A DNA stretch of 32,000 bases from Candidatus Paracaedimonas acanthamoebae (lineage in GTDB: Bacteria > Pseudomonadota > Alphaproteobacteria > Caedimonadales > Caedimonadaceae). The first letter of the stretch is position 1. Every line of letters starts with the position of its first letter. Shown piece by piece: positions 10,587 through 19,553 of this stretch. Below the pieces are notes generated by a model, which had not been told where the DNA came from, searched no databases, and saw only the letters and a program-made list of their open reading frames with translations. The stretch is from contig CP008936.1 of assembly GCA_000743035.1 (NCBI GenBank), positions 600,001 through 632,000 of the forward strand, given 5' to 3'. The translations under genes and the position numbers were made by a program.

Positions 10587-11510
10587 GTGACGACCTTGTC
10601 GTCAAAAGACTGGCATCAAATTCTAGCAAGAGGAGTGCTTACAGCACTCCTTTTTCAAGGATTTTTAACCAATAATCCCTTGTGGATTGTTACAGCTATT
10701 TTTCATCAATTTCCTTTATTTTCTGTCGGGCTTCAGTATGGGGTACGCCCGCTTTTAATTAGTTCAGGCTTAAGTTTTTGCTGTATTACCTTATTAAGTG
10801 GTGTAAAACCAGCGTTACTTCAAAGCTTGTGCTTCTTGACACCATGTCTATTGGTTACCTCTTTAGCTTTGCATTATCGCCAGGCATCAAACAAGCAGGT
10901 TAAGTGGTATCCTATCGGTCGTCTTGTTGCATCTTTGACAGCGTATATTCTGGGTCTTACCGCCTTTCTCACTGTCACATTGCTTACAAATGAGAATCTT
11001 CAGTCGCTTCAGCAAACTCTTCTAGAAGGAATAGGCAAGTTTAATCACAATCTAGAAGCTCTTTATCGGCCTTTCATCGCGCAACTTGTGATGATTTTGC
11101 CAGCTTTCTTTGCAAGTTTCTTATTTTTATTTACATTGATCAATGGAATATTAGCGCAGAGTACGTTGCAAAAGTTTTCTTGTAATCTGAGGCCAACTCC
11201 CTCAATGAGCCGTTTTGAGCTTCCTTGGTGGCCTTGGTGGGCACTCGCTGGAATCGGTATTTTTGCTTTTTTTGGGAATGGAACAGTTGGGATGGTCTCG
11301 ATAAATATGTTGTGGGTTTTGCTGAATGCATTTATGCTTGAAGGGCTTGCCATAATTCATAGTTATTCAACAAAATACGAACAACGAAATTTGTTTCTTT
11401 GGATTTTTTATACGCTTATGGTAGTGTTCGGCTGGTTAGCATTGCCCGTCTTGATTTTGGGAATTTTTGAGCCATGGCTCAATTTAAAAGAACGATTGTG
11501 TAAGATTTAG
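10587..11510 (+). CDS. Polytopic inner-membrane protein, DUF2232-like (GTG start)
   Basis: At least 7 predicted hydrophobic helices. A membrane protein of this type occupies the rpsR-rplI slot in many Alphaproteobacteria. The family assignment rests on position and topology only. Confidence 0.7.
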   Translation: MTTLSSKDWHQILARGVLTALLFQGFLTNNPLWIVTAIFHQFPLFSVGLQYGVRPLLISSGLSFCCITLLSGVKPALLQSLCFLTPCLLVTSLALHYRQASNKQVKWYPIGRLVASLTAYILGLTAFLTVTLLTNENLQSLQQTLLEGIGKFNHNLEALYRPFIAQLVMILPAFFASFLFLFTLINGILAQSTLQKFSCNLRPTPSMSRFELPWWPWWALAGIGIFAFFGNGTVGMVSINMLWVLLNAFMLEGLAIIHSYSTKYEQRNLFLWIFYTLMVVFGWLALPVLILGIFEPWLNLKERLCKI

Positions 11511-11519
11511 GAGAAAAAT

Positions 11520-12026
11520 ATGGAAGTGATACTATTACAACGAGTTGAACATTTAGGACAAATGGGTGATATCGTTCGTGTTAAGCCAGGCTATGCACGT
11601 AATTTCTTGTTGCCTAGAGGAAAAGCAGAAAGAGCAACGACGAATAAGATTGAAGAGTTTAAGCAAAAACGTGCTCAACTTGAAGCTCACAACCTGCACC
11701 TGAAAAAAGAAGCTGAAGCAGTGGCTGCAAAGATGAAAGGCCTTAGCATTATTATTTTGCGTCAAGCGGGTGATAATGGTCTTCTTTACGGGTCTGTTCG
11801 TCCTCAAGACATTGCGGAATCGGTAACAGCTGCAGGTTTTACTGTGACGCGCGCTCAGGCTGTTTTAAGTACGCCAATTAAAGCATTAGGATTGCATCAA
11901 GTGCAAATTGCGTTGCATCCAGAAGTTTCAGAAACAGTTATTGTTAACGTCGCTCAAACACAAGAAGAGGCTCTTGCGCAGGCATCTTCTAAAAACTCTC
12001 AAGAGTTAGAAGGAGTCAGCGCTTAA
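11520..12026 (+). CDS. rplI: 50S ribosomal protein L9
   Basis: MEVILLQRVEHLGQMGDIVRVKPGYARNFLLPRGKA. Confidence 0.95.
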   Translation: MEVILLQRVEHLGQMGDIVRVKPGYARNFLLPRGKAERATTNKIEEFKQKRAQLEAHNLHLKKEAEAVAAKMKGLSIIILRQAGDNGLLYGSVRPQDIAESVTAAGFTVTRAQAVLSTPIKALGLHQVQIALHPEVSETVIVNVAQTQEEALAQASSKNSQELEGVSA

Positions 12027-12155
12027 GATTTAATTAGCTCTTGTTCATAATGCCAAGGCAGAGTACAAAATAGAGAAGCTGCTCGCTTTGGCTGATTATG
12101 AAAAGCTTTCAAGTTACGTCCTTTTGAATGTTAAGCCCTCAACAAGAGAGTTGTC

Positions 12156-13646
12156 ATGACAGGAAACGTTGTTGCACTCACAGAAAACCGAAATCTATTG
12201 ACCTCCACAACTATTGAACAGGAACGTATTCCCCCTCATAATTATGAGGCTGAGCAAGCCCTTTTAGGCGCTTTATTGCACAATAATCAAGCCTATGAGA
12301 AAATTTCTGATTTCTTAATGCCTGAACATTTTGCAAGTGCTGCCAATGGGCGTATTTATGCAGTTATTTCCAAACTTATTGAGCGTGGGCAAATTGCAGA
12401 TCCCATTACGCTTAAAAGCACATTTGAGCAAGATAACTCTCTTCAAGAAATTGGAGGGACGCAGTATCTTGCGCACCTTGCAGCTTCTGTGGTCTCAATC
12501 ATAAGCGTTCAGCATTATGGAGAGCTTATCTATGACCTTCACTTAAGGCGTCAATTGATTGATTTAGGGGAAGAAGTTGTTATTAATGCTTTTACGCCAG
12601 ATGTTGAGCATGGCGCCCAACAACAAATTGAAAGTGCTGAGCAACGTTTGTACGATTTAGCCACTATTGGCCAAGCAGATCGAGGATTTGTTCCTTTTTC
12701 AAAAGCACTTACAGAATCTATCCAAATTGCCGAGCTTGCTTTTAAGCGAGAAGATAAAATTGTTGGTGTCACCACAGGTTTTAAAGACCTAGATGGTCTT
12801 TTAGGAGGACTCCACCCTTCGGATCTTATCATCCTTGCAGGTCGACCTTCGATGGGGAAAACGGCGCTTGCAGCAAACATCGCTTTTAATGCGGCGGAGG
12901 CAGGTCTTGAGGAGAAGGTGTATGGAGGAATTGTTGCATTCTTCTCACTTGAAATGTCATCTGAACAGCTAGCAACACGTCTTTTAGCGCAAGAATCAGG
13001 TGTTGCATCTGATCGCATTCGTCGGGGTGATATTCCTCAAGCTGATTTCCAGAAATTTTTTGAGGTAAGTCGTCGTCTTGCAAATTTACCGCTTTATATT
13101 GATGATACGCCAGCCTTGACCATTTCAGCGTTGCGAACCCGGGCGCGTAGGCTCAAGCGCAAGCATGGCCTTTCAATGATCATTGTTGATTATTTACAAT
13201 TGTTACAAGGGGCGCCAGGCGCAAGAAACTCGGATAACCGTGTTCAAGAGATTTCTGAGATTACACGAGGGCTCAAAACGCTTGCAAAAGAGCTTCATGT
13301 CCCTGTTATCGCTCTTTCTCAGCTTTCGCGTGCTGTGGAGCAGCGTGAAGATAAGCGCCCTCAATTGGCTGATTTACGTGAATCTGGATCGATTGAACAG
13401 GATGCGGACGTCGTGATGTTTGTTTATCGTGAAGAGTATTATGAAAGCAGGCGTGAGCCAGCGCCTAACTCTGATAAACACGAAGAGTGGTCAACGCGCA
13501 TGAAACAGATTTATAACTTAGCTGAAGTGATTGTGGCGAAGCAGAGACATGGTCCTATTAACAATGTTAAATTGTTCTTTGATGGCGCTTTAACTAAGTT
13601 TGGTAATTATGTTGAATCGGAAAGGATGCCTCATGGAGTGCGCTAA
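12156..13646 (+). CDS. dnaB: Replicative DNA helicase DnaB (no intein)
   Basis: PPHNYEAEQALLGALL N-terminus, Walker A GRPSMGKTALA, IIVDYLQLL, and SQLSRAVEQREDKRPQLADLRESGSIEQDADVV. Confidence 0.97.
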   Translation: MTGNVVALTENRNLLTSTTIEQERIPPHNYEAEQALLGALLHNNQAYEKISDFLMPEHFASAANGRIYAVISKLIERGQIADPITLKSTFEQDNSLQEIGGTQYLAHLAASVVSIISVQHYGELIYDLHLRRQLIDLGEEVVINAFTPDVEHGAQQQIESAEQRLYDLATIGQADRGFVPFSKALTESIQIAELAFKREDKIVGVTTGFKDLDGLLGGLHPSDLIILAGRPSMGKTALAANIAFNAAEAGLEEKVYGGIVAFFSLEMSSEQLATRLLAQESGVASDRIRRGDIPQADFQKFFEVSRRLANLPLYIDDTPALTISALRTRARRLKRKHGLSMIIVDYLQLLQGAPGARNSDNRVQEISEITRGLKTLAKELHVPVIALSQLSRAVEQREDKRPQLADLRESGSIEQDADVVMFVYREEYYESRREPAPNSDKHEEWSTRMKQIYNLAEVIVAKQRHGPINNVKLFFDGALTKFGNYVESERMPHGVR

Positions 13647-14829
13647 GCAGGGACCTGTGAAGAATTGTTTATTAGAAGGAGTGCCTGCTACTGCAACATC
13701 AGTCATGATGATTGATTTGCACGCTATTCAACATAATTATTTATTAACTCAAGCTCATCTTAAGGCTGGATGCCAAATCGCGGCAGTTGTAAAAGCAGAT
13801 AGTTATGGGCTCGGGATGAAGCAAGTAGCTCAAGCTCTTTATGCGCAAGGCTGCCGTATTTTTTGTGTGGCTTTTATTGAAGAAGGAGTGCGGCTTCGTC
13901 AGTCTTTACCTTTTTTGGATGCAAAAATTCTGGTCTTTTGTGGAGTTTTAGCCGGTACAGAAAACTACTTTTTTGAAGAAAATTTAATTCCCGTACTTGT
14001 TGATCGTGAGCAAATTAAGCGTTGGTCTGAGTTTGCGCGATTAAAAGCTCAAACCTTACCTGCCGTATTGCATATTGATACAGGAATGACAAGAAATGGA
14101 CTTTCTTTTCAAGATATTATGAAAGTAAGCCAAGAGATTGGCATGCTCAAGACTTTTTCACTTGAAATGATTATTAGCCATCTTGCCAGCAGTGATGAAA
14201 AAGATAATTCTCAAAATGAAGAACAGAGGCAAGTTTTTGAGAGAGCTCTTAAAATCTTACCAAAGGCTCCGGCATGTCTTGCAAACTCAAATGGAATTTC
14301 TTTGGGTGAAGCTTATCATTATGACTATGTCCGCCCAGGATTAGGTCTTTATGGATATGCCACTCCTTATCCTGAGGTTCATCATCTTCAACCAAGCGTA
14401 ACTGTTTATGCGCGCATTATGCAGGTGCAAGACGCCCATCCTGGCCAAACTGTTGGTTATAACGCGACATATCGTTGTACCACTCATAAGCGTTTAGCCA
14501 CCTTAGGAATAGGGTATGCAGACGGTATTATGCGTGAGCTCTCCAATAAAGGGCATGTTTATATTGGTGGCATAGCAGCTCCTATCATAGGGCGAATTTC
14601 AATGGATTTCATGCTAGTTGATGTAACAGATATTCCAGAAGCTCTATGCCATGTAAATGCTTGGGCCACGCTTTATCCAACAGCACAAAATCTTCGAGAC
14701 ATGGCTTATTTAGCGGGAACGGCACCTTATGAGTTACTAACGAGTCTTGGGTCAAGGGGCCATCGTGTTTATTCCCAGGCGACATGTGAGGCAGGGGATT
14801 CTTCTATTAAGTCTGTAGCCATCATATAG
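13633..14829 (+). CDS. alr: Alanine racemase
   Basis: PLP-lysine motif AVVKADSYGLG, plus VRPGLGLYG and GRISMDFMLVDV. The start is uncertain. The ATG at 13633 has AAAGGA 6 nt upstream and overlaps the dnaB end by 14 nt. The ORF track's 13600 and an ATG at 13705 are alternatives. Confidence 0.85.
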   Translation: MECAKQGPVKNCLLEGVPATATSVMMIDLHAIQHNYLLTQAHLKAGCQIAAVVKADSYGLGMKQVAQALYAQGCRIFCVAFIEEGVRLRQSLPFLDAKILVFCGVLAGTENYFFEENLIPVLVDREQIKRWSEFARLKAQTLPAVLHIDTGMTRNGLSFQDIMKVSQEIGMLKTFSLEMIISHLASSDEKDNSQNEEQRQVFERALKILPKAPACLANSNGISLGEAYHYDYVRPGLGLYGYATPYPEVHHLQPSVTVYARIMQVQDAHPGQTVGYNATYRCTTHKRLATLGIGYADGIMRELSNKGHVYIGGIAAPIIGRISMDFMLVDVTDIPEALCHVNAWATLYPTAQNLRDMAYLAGTAPYELLTSLGSRGHRVYSQATCEAGDSSIKSVAII

Positions 14830-14895
14830 CCTTAAAAGAGATCTAAAAAAAATTTGTTTTTTAGGTGCTTATATGTAAAACGATGTAGATCTCCC

Positions 14896-16694
14896 TTATT
14901 TCTTCTTTTCCTGAGACTTCTGTTGAAAAGGGGATGTTGATTGTTGTTTCAATATTTTCGGTGGTGCCTCATCTGTCCCTTCTTCTGGGCTACTCGCTGA
15001 GACTTCCTTTAACTTTCTTTTTGGTTTTCTGGTTAGTGCGGCTGTACTTACTGTTTTTTCTTCCTTAGTTGGTGTAGCAGCACTTGCAGCGGTATCTACT
15101 TTCATTGCCTCTTCAAAAGAAAGCTGTATAGGAATAATGCCTGATTCTCTCCCTCTTCGATCTTGGGGTAAGGGGCCTTTTTTAGCAGACAGAAGTATCC
15201 CCGTAGGGCTGTCTGTAATTTTTACAACTTCTACAGCTTCTTCTTCTTTCTTTTCTAAAGTAGGGGCAATTTCAGATGTGAGGTTTAAAGTTGTTGGCAA
15301 CAGTTCAAGCGTTAGATCGCCGCTATTTAGGGTAGAGTAAATAGCCCAAGGGGTTGTATGGAGACTTCCTTCATAATAATCTTCATGTTTGTTGGTTCCT
15401 TTTCCGACCAATACATGATGCAAAGGAACACGCTTTAAACGAGAGGATTTCTTAAAGTTCTCATAAGCTTGAGCTTGAGGGTGGCCATATTTATGTCCAT
15501 GGCTAATTAGGACATACTGGGGGTCGACTAATTTAACCCACTCTTCGCCATTACAACCATGCTCTGCAGAGCCATGATGGCTGGCAAGCAGGACCGTTGA
15601 TTTTAAAGAATCAAGGTTACCTTTGTAATTCTGCTTGATGCGTCTTGTTGTGGCTTGAGTGGCATCACCTGTGAGCATCACAGAAGATCCCCCATGGCGG
15701 ACTCTTAAGACTAGGCTATCCTTATTGTCGTCGGCATCATCATCGGCTAAACGAACGACGTTATCAAGATCACCACTATGAAGGGGGTTCAGCGCCAAAA
15801 GTGAGATCTCAACCTTATTCCCAAAATTAAAGGCTTTGGCAAGATCTAACCCTGCAAAAGACAGTGAACCAGAGAAAATGTGGGGGCAAATTCTTCTTTT
15901 TTTTCTTTTAATAAAATTTCTTGTAGAGGGTTAGCCTTATCTTGAGGAGCTAAAGCTGCATATTGAATGGCAGGGAAGAAGATTTTAGAATGGGTTGCTA
16001 AGCGTAGGGAAAGCCAACCTTTAAACTTTTGTTGATCTTCCGGCTGGCTATAATAATGGCTAGGAAGCCCTCCAAAAATAAGAAACTCTATTTTATCTTC
16101 TGGCTGAGAAAATAAGTTCATCAACCAACCATAGTGATCCGTGTCAGGATGAGTCACCACAACGGTTTTAACGGAAATCGGTGGGACTTTCTTTTGCTTA
16201 GTTTTTTTCTGCTGTTCTGAACTTTGGTCTTGCATTAACATTTTACGCATTTTTTTAATAAATTGATCTCTCTCTGTTTCTTTAAGTTCAGCAATAACAT
16301 TTTTATCTTCTTGGGTTTCATCCCAGTTAGGAGATTTTTTAGTACTTATTGGTACGGTTACCTTAGATGCTGGTTTAGTTGGTGTTGAAACGTCAGCTGT
16401 AGGTCGATTTGTGGTGGTTGTACTCTCTTGTGGAGAATGTGAGGACTGAACTTGATGATGTTGCCTATAAGCAGCTTCAGCTGCAAAAGACGTTGAGCCA
16501 ATATCCAGCAGCATGAACTCTGATTTCTTTGTAGCAGCGTCCCTAACCTCTAAGCTCGCACAATTGCCTTGCCCAACCGCATAAACCTTGAGCGTAACTT
16601 TAGGATCTTGTTCAACCTCACTGGCACTTGAGGAAACAAAACTCAATAAGAGGCTAAGCGATACAGCAATATGATAAATAAAGTGGGTACTCAT
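14896..16694 (-). pseudogene. Secreted ComEC/Rec2-type metallo-beta-lactamase-fold protein (COG2333-like). As sequenced it is split into ORFs 15846-16694 and 14896-15798 by a 1-nt frame change.
   Basis: The N-terminal ORF has a signal peptide, VYAVGQGNCASLE...LLDIG, and VVVTHPDTDHYGWL (the HxDxDH variant typical of ComEC MBL domains). The C-terminal ORF has SLVLRVRHGGSSVMLTGDA, LLASHHGSAEHG and VLISHGHKYGHP. The downstream frame stays open upstream to about nt 15930 and reads ...HIFSGSLSFAGLDLAKAFNFGNKVEISLLALNP. The switch must therefore lie at the T8 run (15897-15904) or the G5 run (15882-15886). Confidence 0.8.
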
Positions 16695-16766
16695 AGCTCA
16701 AGACTCCATAAGAGATCGATTATATATATTCCTTTACTTCTCATATGGGGACTGGGTTTTAAAAAA

Positions 16767-18287
16767 TCAACCCTCAGAGGTCAAGAATTCTTCAATAACT
16801 TCACTTTGACTTATTAGCATCTCTGGAATAGTTTTAGGAGTAACGTAATTCATCCTGATATCACCTTGGGGTGGATAACCATATGCCTGAACGTTCTTTA
16901 AAAAGGATTCCTTTCCAAAATAGATTTGAGCTTGGCGATAAGCGTACGCTAAACCTATTTGCATGCCATCTTGAATGGCATCCACAAGTTTTGGCCAGTA
17001 AATATGCATCTTATCTTGATCTTTCTTGGCTTTTGCAGCCTCAAAGCGTCCTTCCCAAAGACTAATGAGATATTCCCATCCGTCTGGGTCTTTAGCTTCT
17101 GCAGCTTTTCTAAAATATGCTGCAGCTTCCTCAATTAAACGGTTAGCTTCTTCTTGAGGAAGGTCTGAGAGATCCTTTTTCCACTCTTTCATATAAGGTC
17201 TTGGATCTCCAACGAGCGCCGTTCCCAATACAATATAGCCCCATGCCATACCATATTCTTCGGCGGCTTGCTTAAAGAAAAAATCAGACTGTTCATCCTT
17301 TCCTTGTTCATCATAGAGATATCCAAGATCTAAAAATGCAGGGCCATATTTTTTCTCGGCAGCTTCTTTAAGGATCATCTCCCTTTCCTGAGTGTCCTTA
17401 GTAAGTTTTGTGGCCTCAAGATAAGCAGGGAAGTATCCTTGGCGTGCAAGCGTAAGATAAACATCTGCTGGCGGTTTTTGATAAGTATCATAGTCATCTA
17501 TTTCGTTAAGGGCATAATACTTATTTCTTAAATGATTAGGATGACGGCTAAAAAGCTCATATCCAGACAAGGACAAGGTGTTATCATATCGCGAGACAAG
17601 CCAAGGATAGACTCCTGTTTGGCCTCGTCCTAATAAATAGCACGCATCAGGATGATCTAAGCACTGTTTTAATTCTGTGATCACATTACCAAGGTAATTC
17701 TTAAAGAAAGGTGTTAATTGTGGAACCTCCCCCAACCAGCGTATTTTGTGGAATGTATCCACAAGTAAATACTTGCCTAGCGAGTGATTAAACTTGGCAC
17801 TGATGGCAAATCCCCACAGGATATCAAACCGTTTAGCAAGGTGGCTTCTATAAGGGCAATCAAACCATTCAAGGGCTTGAGGAGGGAAAAAAAGATGGGC
17901 GCCAACACGTTCTTTCCAAGTTGTCTGAGCAGGCCAAGAATCAACTTTTAATTGGTGAGCATATGCTTGCCATACGTCATCAGGGAAAGCCAATTCCTTA
18001 AAGGCATAATAGGCCCTGCGTAACCTATTATCCTTGGCTTCAGCATACCCTCCCTTTATTATCTCATGAATCCCCTGAATAGAATTAGAAGCCTGTTCAA
18101 AGATATCAGAGGGGGTAGAGACAGCTGTGCTTGCTGCTTTAAAACTTTGAGGTATATAAGAAGCAAATTGTGGTTGTAAGTTAGCCGGGTAATTCTCTTT
18201 CTCAACATCCATAAGATCTGAAGCCCAGCAAGAGACTTCTTTCCCTATCAAGAAGCATGCCAGACTAATAAATACCAACTTTTTCAT
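16767..18287 (-). CDS. Secreted Sel1-like/TPR repeat protein (506 aa)
   Basis: Signal peptide MKKLVFISLACFLIGKEVSCWA. The C-terminal half has Sel1-like repeat signatures (ILKEAAEKKYGPAFLDLGYLYDEQGKDEQSDFFFKQAAEEYGMAWGYIVLG and AAAYFRKAAEAKDPDGWEYL). Confidence 0.7.
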   Translation of the reverse strand: MKKLVFISLACFLIGKEVSCWASDLMDVEKENYPANLQPQFASYIPQSFKAASTAVSTPSDIFEQASNSIQGIHEIIKGGYAEAKDNRLRRAYYAFKELAFPDDVWQAYAHQLKVDSWPAQTTWKERVGAHLFFPPQALEWFDCPYRSHLAKRFDILWGFAISAKFNHSLGKYLLVDTFHKIRWLGEVPQLTPFFKNYLGNVITELKQCLDHPDACYLLGRGQTGVYPWLVSRYDNTLSLSGYELFSRHPNHLRNKYYALNEIDDYDTYQKPPADVYLTLARQGYFPAYLEATKLTKDTQEREMILKEAAEKKYGPAFLDLGYLYDEQGKDEQSDFFFKQAAEEYGMAWGYIVLGTALVGDPRPYMKEWKKDLSDLPQEEANRLIEEAAAYFRKAAEAKDPDGWEYLISLWEGRFEAAKAKKDQDKMHIYWPKLVDAIQDGMQIGLAYAYRQAQIYFGKESFLKNVQAYGYPPQGDIRMNYVTPKTIPEMLISQSEVIEEFLTSEG

Positions 18288-18456
18288 GATTGCCCCCCTT
18301 TAAAGGCTGCAGCGCATTTCTTTAAAATTTTCTTAAATTTATTGTGACAATTAGCACAAAAAAATATAAATTTTAAGTAGAATTGTAAGAGGATATCGAT
18401 AAACCATTTAAACCTTAAATATGTCATATTTTGTGTTAAGCTATTTAAATTATCCT

Positions 18457-18640
18457 GTTTTTTTGACCGAACTATTTGCCATCTAGAAGTTGCTCATTTT
18501 TTTTTACGGCTTTTTATGCTCGTTTAAAGTGATCAAAAACCCATCTTTGAGAGACATTAAATTATTTAAAACTTATGACTTAAGTCGGGCGATTGCCAGT
18601 TGAAAAAAACCTATTTTTCCTCTAGAAGGCGAGCGTAAGA
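18457..18640. repeat. Direct repeat R1 flanking the KGG gene (partner R2 at 19345-19528)
   Basis: Colinear match to R2. Shared blocks are gtttttttgaccgaacta/gctttttttgatcaaacta, gatcaaaaacc, ttatttaaaacttatga, ccagttgaaaaaa and agc(g/a)taag. Weaker similarity extends to about 18424 and 19284 (tgtcatat ... ttgtgtt(a/g)agc). Confidence 0.7.
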
Positions 18641-18670
18641 TTTCTAAAGTATATATACAAAATAAAGAAG

Positions 18671-18697
18671 GTAAGCTAGCCTTCAAAGCTAGCTTAC
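18671..18697 (-). terminator. Probable intrinsic terminator of the KGG gene
   Basis: Perfect 10-bp stem gtaagctagc/gctagcttac with a 7-nt loop, 41 nt past the stop codon. On the minus strand it is followed by cttctttatttt. The plus strand also has a T-run after it, so it may act in both directions. Confidence 0.6.
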
Positions 18698-18737
18698 TTT
18701 TCTTATGTAAGGAGTAGAATTTTACCCTAGAAGTGGT

Positions 18738-19169
18738 TTATTCCCCTCTACGGGATTTGCCACCTTTGTGTCCCATCTCAGCATAGCCTTCTGGCCCAAG
18801 CTGCTCTTTACGAGCTTCACCACCTTTGTGGCCAAGGTCTACGTAGCCTTCATGCCCTAACTGTTGTTTCCGGGTTTCGCCACCTTTGTGTCCCATCTCA
18901 GCATAGCCTTCTGGCCCAAGCTGCTCTTTGCGAGCTTCACCACCTTTGTGGCCAAGATCTACGTAGCCTTCATGCCCTAACTGTTGTTTCCGGGTTTCGC
19001 CACCTTTATGACCACGTTCAGCCATTCCTTCGTGGCCAGCCTTTTCAGCACTGGCTTTTCCCCCTTTAGAGGCAATTTCTTGTACCTTTTCATGGGGCAT
19101 AGAAGCAAAGCCTCTGTTCTCTGTACCTGAGGATGAGGATCGTCCTTGATTTTTTCTATTTTGTGCCAT
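18738..19169 (-). CDS. KGG-repeat stress-induced protein (YciG/GsiB-like)
   Basis: Reiterated 20-aa units GHKGGE(A/T)RK(E/Q)QLG(P/H)EGY(A/V)(E/D)(M/L), and an N-terminus SKGGKAS. A strong RBS AGGAGA lies 6 nt before the ATG. Confidence 0.85.
   Translation of the reverse strand: MAQNRKNQGRSSSSGTENRGFASMPHEKVQEIASKGGKASAEKAGHEGMAERGHKGGETRKQQLGHEGYVDLGHKGGEARKEQLGPEGYAEMGHKGGETRKQQLGHEGYVDLGHKGGEARKEQLGPEGYAEMGHKGGKSRRGE
18751..19007. repeat. In-frame tandem repeat inside the KGG gene, period 120 bp, about 2.1 copies
   Basis: 18751-18870 versus 18871-18990 differ at only about 4 positions (for example 18810 a/g and 18838 g/a). A third unit begins at 18991-19007. Confidence 0.95.
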
Positions 19170-19344
19170 TGTTAGTCTCCTTTCTTAGCTTTGGTTATGA
19201 CGTTAGTACAAACCACAGTGAGCCTATAGATTATGGGAAATATATGATATATATTAATTGGCACGCTCCAATCTTGTCATATACGGCGCCCTCGCAAAAT
19301 TATTTGAGGCTTAGTAAGTTGTGTTGAGCGACTCAAACTATTTT

Positions 19345-19528
19345 GCTTTTTTTGATCAAACTAAGGCTTTTCAAAGCTTCTATTTGTTGATGGCTTCTCA
19401 GGTGCGTTTAATTTGATCAAAAACCTAACTCTTACGAGTTATTTAAAACTTATGATTTGAAATGAGTGATTACCAGTTGAAAAAAGACTAGCTTTGCTTC
19501 TAAAAGTTTAGCATAAGCACTTTAAGAC
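19345..19528. repeat. Direct repeat R2 flanking the KGG gene (partner of R1)
   Basis: See R1. The R1-to-R2 offset is 888 bp. Confidence 0.7.
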
Positions 19529-19553
19529 ATGCATTAAAAGTAGACGAAAGACT

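Noticed and set aside
12551-13018. Long antisense or overlapping ORFs inside dnaB (12551-13018), acs (8188-8586), murA (20093-20368), kdsA (4946-5275), pyrG (3809-4069), gdh (23083-23352) and others
   Set aside because: Each lies wholly inside a confidently identified conserved gene, has biased composition and lacks an RBS. They are typical shadow ORFs.
14830-14895. A/T-only hairpin (ctaaaaaa/ttttttag) and 7-bp inverted repeat gagatct/agatctc between the convergent alr and MBL genes
   Set aside because: It could serve as a bidirectional terminator, but the stem is purely A:T and weak. There is not enough support to annotate it.
18751-19007. Regularly spaced repeats that could be mistaken for a CRISPR array
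   Set aside because: The repeats are contiguous 120-bp coding units of the KGG protein with no spacers, so this is not a CRISPR array.
19170-19340. Expected alphaproteobacterial general-stress (EcfG) promoter GGAAC-N16/17-CGTT upstream of the KGG gene
   Set aside because: The minus strand in this region has no GGAAC box and only a cgtc about 35 nt before the ATG. I cannot support an EcfG promoter. A sigma70-like ATGACA-N18-TAATAT is possible but weak.
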